A stretch of 64,000 bases of DNA from Spirochaetota bacterium (GTDB taxonomy: Bacteria > Spirochaetota > UBA4802 > UBA5550). The notes below the pieces were generated by a model. It had not been told where the DNA came from, ran no database searches, and saw only the letters and a program-made list of their open reading frames with translations. This document shows, one piece after another, positions 56,971 to 64,000 of this stretch. Location: positions 1,952,001 to 2,016,000 of the forward strand of contig OY760686.1 of the NCBI GenBank assembly GCA_963663865.1, in the 5' to 3' direction. Made by a program: the position numbers and the translations under genes. The first letter of the stretch is position 1; each line of letters starts with the position of its first letter.

Positions 56971-58946
56971 TGTTATGGATTATTACCGGGGCCGGAGTTC
57001 TCCTCGCCGGCGGACTCGTTTCGTCGATTCTGAAAGAGAGGTTCAGGGCCTTATTTTCAGCTTTATCATCGGTTGCCGCCGGCGGCTTTCTCTTTTACTC
57101 GTCCATTTCTATTCTCGTCAATGGAGGCAGCGATTCAGCGTCTCTCAATTTGGGGCCAGGTTCGCCAGAAATAATTCTCAGGGCGGATTCAATTTCCGCG
57201 TTTTTCATATTCATCATAGCTTCAATAACAATACTGGCTGCGTTCTACTCGACCGGCTACATGAAGCAGTATCTCGGCAAGGGGCGTTCGACCTCCTCAC
57301 AGAGCTTTAACCTCTGTCTGCTTTCAGCCTCAATGATTATGGTTGTAATATCCTATTCGGTTGTACCCTTTTTAATTGCCTGGGAGCTGATGTCGCTGAG
57401 TTCTTTCTTTCTCGTCTACTTCAACTGTCATGAGAAGCGGGCTGTAAGCGTTTCACTCTACTATCTAATAGCGATGCATTTCGCCTTTGTGTTCCTCCTG
57501 TTTGCTTTCGTTTACATATCAGACAAAACACGCAGCACTGACTTCGGGTCGTTTGCCTCTGTTCTTTCCGGAGACCCTGTTTCACAGTCAGTCTTCTTCG
57601 TTCTAATAATCGCTGGTTTCGGTACGAAGGCCGGCCTTTTTCCGTTTCACTCATGGCTCCCCGGCGCCCATCCGGAAGCTCCTTCACATGTTTCCGCTCT
57701 GATGTCAGGCGTCATGATTAAAACCGGTCTTTACGGAATTATAAGGTTCACACTTATCACAGGCAAAACTCTGCCGGAAATATCCCTTGTCGTAATCATT
57801 GCCGGTGCGGTAAGCGCTGTCTACGGAATCGTTCAGGCTGTTACTCGCACCGAGATAAAATCTTCACTCGCCTATTCTACTATTGAAAACGCGGGAATCG
57901 CCGCTGTCGGACTCGGAACCGGAATGGCAGGCCTCTCTTTCGGGAACCCTGTTCTGGTCGCCCTTGGATTTTCCGGATGCCTCTTTCATATTCTGAATCA
58001 CTCTTTTTTCAAGACCATCCTCTTCTTCGGCGCGGGCTCGGTTATCACATTTTCCGGGCTATCAGACTCAAACAGGCTCGGCGGGCTACAGAAGGCAATG
58101 CCGGCGACAGCATTTCTTTTCTTTTTAGGCTCAATGTCAATCTCCGCGCTGCCTCCCTTCAGCGGCTTTACGGGTGAGTTTATAATATACCGCGCCCTTA
58201 TTGAGGCTCTGACCTCCGGAAGCGGAGTTGAGGCCGCGACAGTCATGTCTGTAATCGCGCTGCTCGCATTCGTCGGAGCCGCATCGCTGCTCTGCTTCAC
58301 AAGGCTCTTCTCGGGCATCTTCCTCGGCAGATGCAGGTCTGCCATTAAGGGCACGGTTCAGGGTTCCGTACAGATGACGGCGGCTTCGCTGGCCGCGGCG
58401 GTTTATATCCCCCTCTCAATTATTTTCAGCACGCAGATATTTGCAATAGTCTCCCGTACGGCAGCCGAAATTGCCCCTTCTCTGATCAGTGCACCGATGC
58501 CGGAGGGCCCTGTATCGGTGTTGAATGTCACCAGGGCTGCGGGTGCGGCGCTTCTGATATTCGGAATCATCTACATGGCCAAAAGGCTTTTGCTGGCTGG
58601 CAAAAAAAGTTCACTTCACGGCACATGGGCATGCGGCTATGAAGGGGCAGGCCCGTCAGTACAGTACACACCGAGTTCATTCCAAAAGCCTTTTCTCAAG
58701 ATTTTCAGCAGAATGACCACGAAGAAAACAGAGGCATCGGGCCCGTCAGGGCTTTTCCCCGCCGGGTCATCCTATAACGAAGTTTACTCAGACCCGGTTG
58801 ACAGCCGGCTCATCACCCCCGCAGTAAGGGGCATCTGGAGCTTTCTTTCACGCTTCACATGGATTCAGAACGGAAGCATGAGACAGTACATACTCTACGG
58901 GCTGATTTATCTAGCCTCAGTGATTATCTGGATGATGGCGGTATAA
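56970..58946 (+). CDS. hyfB: hydrogenase-4-like membrane subunit B (antiporter-like), Ehr complex
   Basis: AWELMSL, GFGTKAG.FP.H.WLP.AHPEAPSHVSALMSG, LAYSTIEN, HILNHSFFK, WACGY. Confidence 0.9.
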   Translation: MLWIITGAGVLLAGGLVSSILKERFRALFSALSSVAAGGFLFYSSISILVNGGSDSASLNLGPGSPEIILRADSISAFFIFIIASITILAAFYSTGYMKQYLGKGRSTSSQSFNLCLLSASMIMVVISYSVVPFLIAWELMSLSSFFLVYFNCHEKRAVSVSLYYLIAMHFAFVFLLFAFVYISDKTRSTDFGSFASVLSGDPVSQSVFFVLIIAGFGTKAGLFPFHSWLPGAHPEAPSHVSALMSGVMIKTGLYGIIRFTLITGKTLPEISLVVIIAGAVSAVYGIVQAVTRTEIKSSLAYSTIENAGIAAVGLGTGMAGLSFGNPVLVALGFSGCLFHILNHSFFKTILFFGAGSVITFSGLSDSNRLGGLQKAMPATAFLFFLGSMSISALPPFSGFTGEFIIYRALIEALTSGSGVEAATVMSVIALLAFVGAASLLCFTRLFSGIFLGRCRSAIKGTVQGSVQMTAASLAAAVYIPLSIIFSTQIFAIVSRTAAEIAPSLISAPMPEGPVSVLNVTRAAGAALLIFGIIYMAKRLLLAGKKSSLHGTWACGYEGAGPSVQYTPSSFQKPFLKIFSRMTTKKTEASGPSGLFPAGSSYNEVYSDPVDSRLITPAVRGIWSFLSRFTWIQNGSMRQYILYGLIYLASVIIWMMAV

Positions 58947-58948
58947 TC

Positions 58949-59869
58949 ATGAAATACACTATCTACAATCTCATAATCCTTTTTATAATGCCCTTTCTCT
59001 TCGCGGGTATCATAAATCGGACAAAATCATTCTGGTCCGGCAGAGAGGGCCGATCTGCTTTCCAGTGTCTGTTCGACTTCATTAAACTTCTGCGAAAGGG
59101 ACAGGTGATAAGCAGCAGTTCCGGCCTGTTGTACAGAACAGCCCCCTCCTTCGCCCTCGGCTTTACAATAGCAGCCGGGCTTGCGGCTCCGGGTTTAGCA
59201 GGGGAAAGCATCTACCCTTTCGAAGGCGACTTTATACTCTTCGGCTATCTGCTTTCAGCGGGCAAATTTGTGTCAATTCTGGGAGCCATGGACAGCGGTT
59301 CGCCGTTTCAGGGCATGGGAAGCAGCAGGGAAGCCTCTTTCTCGGCCTTCACCGAACCGGCGCTTTTTCTGATTCTGTCAACCCTCGCGCTCATATCGGG
59401 GCTGAGTGACTTCAGTAGCATTCTCTCGTTTACCGTCGACTCGCGGCCGATAATGGCGATTGCTGCAGCCGTCTCTTCAGCGGTGTTCTTCATTTTGCTT
59501 CTTGCTGAAGGGTCAAGGGTGCCTGTAGACGACCCGGATACACACCTGGAACTCACCATGATTCACGAGGCGATGATTCTCGACTATTCTGGCCCTGACC
59601 TGGCCTTTGCCCACTATACCGCCTGGATGAAGATGACGATATTCGCTTCAATAATATCGTGCCTCGTTATTCCGCAGCAGCTGTCTTTCATCCAGGGAGC
59701 TGCACTCCACACTGCGGCAATATGTCTTATTGCCGCGGCTGCCGGCACAGTCGAATCGGCCGTTGCCAGAATCAGGATGTCGCATGTACCGCAGTTTCTT
59801 CTAATAGGTTCAGCCCTCTCGGTGATACTCGCCGCGGCCGTGCTGGTTTCAACTGGAGGCAGACTATGA
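58949..59869 (+). CDS. hyfC: NuoH/HycD-like membrane subunit
   Basis: GREG...FQ...D..KL.RK, DSGSPF.GMGSSRE, EGSRVPVDDPDTHLELTMIHEAMILDYSG; start MKYTIY at 58949. Confidence 0.9.
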   Translation: MKYTIYNLIILFIMPFLFAGIINRTKSFWSGREGRSAFQCLFDFIKLLRKGQVISSSSGLLYRTAPSFALGFTIAAGLAAPGLAGESIYPFEGDFILFGYLLSAGKFVSILGAMDSGSPFQGMGSSREASFSAFTEPALFLILSTLALISGLSDFSSILSFTVDSRPIMAIAAAVSSAVFFILLLAEGSRVPVDDPDTHLELTMIHEAMILDYSGPDLAFAHYTAWMKMTIFASIISCLVIPQQLSFIQGAALHTAAICLIAAAAGTVESAVARIRMSHVPQFLLIGSALSVILAAAVLVSTGGRL

Positions 59870-60501
59870 GCAGCCTGTTTGTAATTCTTTTCGGGATAAC
59901 CATTCTTTATATGTCCGTATCGACACGCCTTGAGAGCTATGTCAAGGCTCTGGTGTTCCAGGGCATTATTCTCTTCGCTATCGTTATCTGGGGATCCGGG
60001 CATCTCGCGGCTGGAAGCCTCATATTCCTTGTAATAGAGACCATCGGAGTCAAGACCATTGCCATCCCGTCCTTTCTGATTTACATCATTAGAAGAAATG
60101 ATATATTCCGCGAGATTGAGCCCACGGTGACAAGCGTATCGTCATTGATCATAGCATCGGTTTTACTCGCAGGCGGCTTTTATATTTCCTCTTATTCGAG
60201 GGGATTCAACGGAGCCGTCATACCTTTGTATTTCGGAATGTCAGCTTCGATAATCGCATTTGCATTATTTGTAATCATATCCAGAAAGAAAATCATTACC
60301 CACGTTATCGGTTACGCACTGCTTGAAAACGGCATTTTCATGCTGTCGCTTTCTATAGCGCATGAAATGCCGTTTATCGTAGGAATGGGAGTGCTTCTTG
60401 ATGTCTTTATCGCTGTTTATCTGCTCGGCTTCTTCGTGAATAAGGTAAAAAACATGTACCCGGATGTTAACGCCGATTCTTTAACAAATCTCAAGGATTA
60501 A
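59866..60501 (+). CDS. hyfE: HyfE-like membrane subunit
   Basis: K.IAIP, IGY.LLENGIF, EMPFIVGMGVLLDVF, L..LKD; start MSSLF at 59866. Confidence 0.87.
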   Translation: MSSLFVILFGITILYMSVSTRLESYVKALVFQGIILFAIVIWGSGHLAAGSLIFLVIETIGVKTIAIPSFLIYIIRRNDIFREIEPTVTSVSSLIIASVLLAGGFYISSYSRGFNGAVIPLYFGMSASIIAFALFVIISRKKIITHVIGYALLENGIFMLSLSIAHEMPFIVGMGVLLDVFIAVYLLGFFVNKVKNMYPDVNADSLTNLKD

Positions 60502-60505
60502 TCTA

Positions 60506-61909
60506 ATGCTCATCTTGACTGTTCTGCTTCCTGCTTTTCTCGCGGCGCTGTTATTTCTTTTCAGATCGCCCCGGTTGAACAGAGCCGTTATCATTCTTTT
60601 TTCATTCGCGTTTCTGCTGCTTGCAGTTTTCTTTTTCTTCATGCCTCCGGCATCGTTGACTGACTATTTTGCAGCCGGAAAGAAGGAGCTTTTCTTTTTT
60701 GCCGTGCAGTCCGCTGTTTTCGCGGCAGTTTCATTACCCGCATCTGACTACCTTAGAAGACGCGCCGCGGTGAGATTGCCTAACACCCTCTACTGCGTTA
60801 ACATTCTGCTCTTCAACGCGTCTTTAAACGGCGTCATTTTCGCCAATCACCTCGGCCTGATGTGGGTCTTCATTGAAGCTACCACTCTCTCAAGCGCATA
60901 CCTGATCTACTTCGGAGCGACATCCACCTCGCTTGAGGCTGTATGGAAATACCTTTTTATATGTTCAATCGGTATCGCGTTCGCTTTTACTGGAATTATC
61001 CTGCTATCAGTCGGCACAGGATCGGAGGGGAGGCTTTTCTTCAGCGATCTTGCCTCAGCAGCGGGTTCCATAGAACCTTTCTGGCTCAAGCTTTCCTTTG
61101 CTTTTCTTCTTGCCGGGTTCGGCACCAAGGCCGCCCTTGCGCCGATGCATTCCTGGCTGCCTGACGCCTACTCTGAATCTCCTTCGACAGTCACGGCTCT
61201 GCTCGCCGGAACCCATCTCAACGTCTCAATACTCGCTATCATGAGGATATTCGCATTGACTGGCTCAACAGACGCTGGAAGTCCTGCCTCTGACATCCTG
61301 ATGTTTACCGGTTTCCTATCGGTATTCATCGCGGCAGTCTACATCGTAAAGGTTAACAACTTCAAACGAATGCTGTCTTACTCTTCGCTTGAAAACATGG
61401 GGATAATAGCCATCGCGGCAAGCCTCGGCGCTGGAGGAACTGCTCCTGCTCTTCTTCATCTTGGAGCACATTCGCTTATTAAAACATTCCTTTTCCTGAC
61501 CGCAGGTTCGATAATCAGACGTTACGGCACAAAGGAGATATCCTCAGTAAGCGGCCTCATGGCCACTGACAGGCTGACGGCCTGGCTATGGATAGGCGGC
61601 TTTATACTGATTTGCGGCATACCTCCCTCTCCGCTTTTTTTCAGCGAGTATCTCATCCTCAGGGAAATGATATCTTCAGGCCTTTATATTCAGTCTGCCC
61701 TTCTCTTCCTGATGATGACATTCATTATGGCCGGCATGGGCAGGGCGGTGCTGGGAATGACAGGCGGCAAAAGCTCAGATAATTGTCTCGATATAAAAAT
61801 AGGGAAAATCAACACTTTCCCTCAGACCGGACTGCTTATACTCTGCGCGGCAGCCGGAATTTCAGCTCCGGCCTGGATTTCCTTTTTTTCAAAAGCAATG
61901 AACATGTGA
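60506..61909 (+). CDS. hyfF: HyfF-like antiporter-like membrane subunit
   Basis: WVFIEATTL, SLEAVWKYLFICS.GIA.A, GFGTKA.LAPMHSWLPDAYSE.PS, KRMLSYSSLENMG. Confidence 0.9.
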   Translation: MLILTVLLPAFLAALLFLFRSPRLNRAVIILFSFAFLLLAVFFFFMPPASLTDYFAAGKKELFFFAVQSAVFAAVSLPASDYLRRRAAVRLPNTLYCVNILLFNASLNGVIFANHLGLMWVFIEATTLSSAYLIYFGATSTSLEAVWKYLFICSIGIAFAFTGIILLSVGTGSEGRLFFSDLASAAGSIEPFWLKLSFAFLLAGFGTKAALAPMHSWLPDAYSESPSTVTALLAGTHLNVSILAIMRIFALTGSTDAGSPASDILMFTGFLSVFIAAVYIVKVNNFKRMLSYSSLENMGIIAIAASLGAGGTAPALLHLGAHSLIKTFLFLTAGSIIRRYGTKEISSVSGLMATDRLTAWLWIGGFILICGIPPSPLFFSEYLILREMISSGLYIQSALLFLMMTFIMAGMGRAVLGMTGGKSSDNCLDIKIGKINTFPQTGLLILCAAAGISAPAWISFFSKAMNM

Positions 61910-61919
61910 GATATCTGTT

Positions 61920-63395
61920 ATGAAATGGGTTGAAACAAAAAACTGTAAAGCTGTAGCAATATCGCAAATACCTATGCTCAGTTTCAATGAATTCATTGAG
62001 GCTAATCTGTCCTCGGCCGGTTCGGGACTCAGGCCGCTTAGCCTTATCCCCCTTAAAACCGGGAAAGGTTGGATAATATATTCCGTGATGGCAGACGACT
62101 CTTCTCAGTCAATTAGAGTAAATTCAGCCTCAGCCGGCCCTTCATTAAGCTACGAATCGATGACAGCTGTCTGCCCCTCATTCCATGTTTTTGAAAGAAT
62201 ACTGTATGAAGAAACCGGAATAGAACCACTCGGGCATCCCTGGCTCAAACCGCTCAGACGCTTGAACGGCCCGGCTGTGAACTACCCCTTTTATTCGATG
62301 AAAGACAGCCAGCTGCACGAGGTAGCCGTCGGGCCTATTCACGCGGGTGTTATTGAACCGGGCCACTTCAGATTCATCTGCAGCGGGGAAGATGTGCTTC
62401 ACCTTGAAATAATGCTCGGATATCAGCACAGGGGCATTGAAGAGCTCATGCTGTCAGCAAAACCTCACGCGAGAAACATAATTGCTGAATCCATTTCGGG
62501 AGACAGCGTCACAGGTCACGCCTGCGCCTGGTCTCAGCTTGTCGAATCGCTTGCTGATATCAGCCTCCCGCGCGAAGTACATTCTATCAGGTCAATAGCG
62601 CTTGAGATGGAAAGAGCGGGTATTCATCTTGGAGACCTCTCAGCCGTCGCGGGAGATATCGCCTATCTGCAGGGAGCCGGAGTTTACGGAGCAAGAAGAA
62701 CGCTTGTTATAAACTCTCTGCTTTCCTTCACTGGAAGCCGTTTCGGCCGCGGCCTTGTCAGACCCGGAGGCGTCAGGTTCGGCATCTCGAACCGGATTGC
62801 AGCAAACATCAAAACGCTCTTCCCGGAAATCAAAGAGACCATCGAGAAGATGTCCGAGACAATGTTCAACAGCTCTACCGTCCTTTCAAGGCTTGACAAT
62901 ACAGGCGTTCTAACCAGGCAGCAGGCTGCATCTATCGGGATGGTAGGTCCCGCTGCAAGGGCTTCAGGCCTTTCGATTGATGTGAGGTCCACTCACCCAT
63001 GGGGAGCCTACAGGTACAACCCGGTCCACCCGCACACCATGCCGACAGGCGACGTTTTCGCCAGGGCGTACATACGATATGTGGAATTTATCCAGTCAAT
63101 TGATTATGTCCTGCGAGAACTCGACATGGTCAGAGGCTACCCTGTACCGGAGTGCATGCCGGCTGAACACCTGATGCCGGACGCCCTCTCAGTCTCTCTC
63201 GTGGAGGGATGGCGCGGAGAAATCGTACACTGCGCGGTAACAGGACCTGCCGGAGAGCTGATAAAATACTCGGTTAAAGACCCGTCAGTGAATAACTGGT
63301 ATGGACTCGCGCTCGCTGTTCGAGGCAATGGCATCTCTGATTTCCCGCTCATCAACAAGAGCTTTAACCTGTCATATTCAGGAAATGACCTGTAA
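61920..63395 (+). CDS. HycE/HyfG-like large subunit lacking Ni-binding cysteines (EhrL)
   Basis: VGPIHAGVIEPGHFRF, GYQHRGIE, EGWRGE, DPS..NW; ESISGDS and NKSFNLSYSG replace the two CxxC motifs. Confidence 0.9.
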   Translation: MKWVETKNCKAVAISQIPMLSFNEFIEANLSSAGSGLRPLSLIPLKTGKGWIIYSVMADDSSQSIRVNSASAGPSLSYESMTAVCPSFHVFERILYEETGIEPLGHPWLKPLRRLNGPAVNYPFYSMKDSQLHEVAVGPIHAGVIEPGHFRFICSGEDVLHLEIMLGYQHRGIEELMLSAKPHARNIIAESISGDSVTGHACAWSQLVESLADISLPREVHSIRSIALEMERAGIHLGDLSAVAGDIAYLQGAGVYGARRTLVINSLLSFTGSRFGRGLVRPGGVRFGISNRIAANIKTLFPEIKETIEKMSETMFNSSTVLSRLDNTGVLTRQQAASIGMVGPAARASGLSIDVRSTHPWGAYRYNPVHPHTMPTGDVFARAYIRYVEFIQSIDYVLRELDMVRGYPVPECMPAEHLMPDALSVSLVEGWRGEIVHCAVTGPAGELIKYSVKDPSVNNWYGLALAVRGNGISDFPLINKSFNLSYSGNDL

Positions 63396-63407
63396 GGAGC
63401 CTCCACC

Positions 63408-64000
63408 ATGATAAACATTATAAAAACAAGAGTACTGCAGAAATACCAGGCGATTCGCGACATCAGAAAGGCAGAAATAGGCCCTGCATTCCGAGGCTTT
63501 CCCGGCCTTGATGCTAAACTCTGCTCATTATGTGGCAAATGCGCGGAAGCCTGTCCGACAAAGGCTGTAAACATAAAGCCCCTCTCGATCGACATGGGAC
63601 GCTGCGTTTTCTGCGGGGAGTGCGAATCGGCATGCGAGACCGGCTCCATTTCATTCACTAACCGGCACAGGCTCAGCTCAACCAGCAAGGAAAGGCTTGT
63701 TGTCCAATCCGGAGACAATCCTGAAGATTACAGCGCTGCAGCTGTAGTAGTAAAAAAAGAAATCAAATCCATGTTCGGCCGCTCCTTTAAGCTGAGGCAG
63801 GTTTCCGCCGGCGGCTGCGGCGGCTGTGAATGGGAGCTCAATGCCTGCAACAACGTTAACTTTGATATGTGCCGCTTTGGATTTGAATTCACAGCTTCGC
63901 CAAGACATGCAGACGCGATCGTAATTACCGGCCCGGTGACAGCAAATATGGCCGAAGCGCTGATAGAAGCAAGGGAATCAATGCCTGAGCCCTGCCTCGT
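63408..64000 (+). CDS. ferredoxin + NuoB-like fused small subunit (EhrS), truncated by the window end
   Basis: Translated by hand: CSLCGKCAEACP, CVFCGECESACE, SAGGCGGCEWEL, SPRHAD..VITGPVT; AAGGAG RBS; absent from the ORF track. Confidence 0.9.
   Translation, partial: MINIIKTRVLQKYQAIRDIRKAEIGPAFRGFPGLDAKLCSLCGKCAEACPTKAVNIKPLSIDMGRCVFCGECESACETGSISFTNRHRLSSTSKERLVVQSGDNPEDYSAAAVVVKKEIKSMFGRSFKLRQVSAGGCGGCEWELNACNNVNFDMCRFGFEFTASPRHADAIVITGPVTANMAEALIEARESMPEPCL

Noticed and set aside
61920-63395. Active [NiFe] hydrogenase large subunit
   Set aside because: Both Ni-binding CxxC motifs are absent
189-63908. Many short ORFs antisense to or out of frame within long genes (e.g. 7692-8159, 40849-41382, 46555-47085, 63137-63718)
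   Set aside because: They overlap well-supported genes and show no motifs or RBS; treated as shadow ORFs

Overview
Bacterial chromosomal segment, most likely a Spirochaetota member (inferred from a DUF6675-like protein, a RecJ with an internal insertion and a clade-X-type ATP-PFK; not verified by search). 1-16.2 kb is housekeeping: ptsI, ispF, recJ, a nif3/zinc-ribbon/RNase H-like cluster, rfbB, corC, recO, uvrC and tRNA-Pro(GGG). 16.2-28.6 kb is accessory: an RlmJ-like methyltransferase, VapBC, a diguanylate cyclase, a BamA/TamA-family protein, manC, a RelBE module between two structured repeats, and an acyltransferase-SGNH fusion. 28.7-44.2 kb is a Wzx/Wzy polysaccharide locus with an AT-rich variable core, whose initiating WecA-type transferase is fused to a C-terminal PilZ-like domain. 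44.8-56.1 kb holds lemA/TPM, TetR, CapA, MATE and a pfk - cNMP-GGDEF - cNMP-GGDEF - DHH operon. 56.3-64 kb is an HTH-EIIA gene leading an Ehr (nickel-site-less hydrogenase-4-like) operon. Best candidates for undescribed biology: (1) the WecA-PilZ fusion, (2) the pfk-coupled GGDEF pair with reciprocally degenerate active sites plus a DHH phosphoesterase, (3) a catalytically dead RNase H with an N-terminal HTH, (4) the repeat/REP-bracketed RelBE element, (5) a small orphan gene behind a perfect sigma-28 promoter. All calls come from motif reading only; no database search was run.
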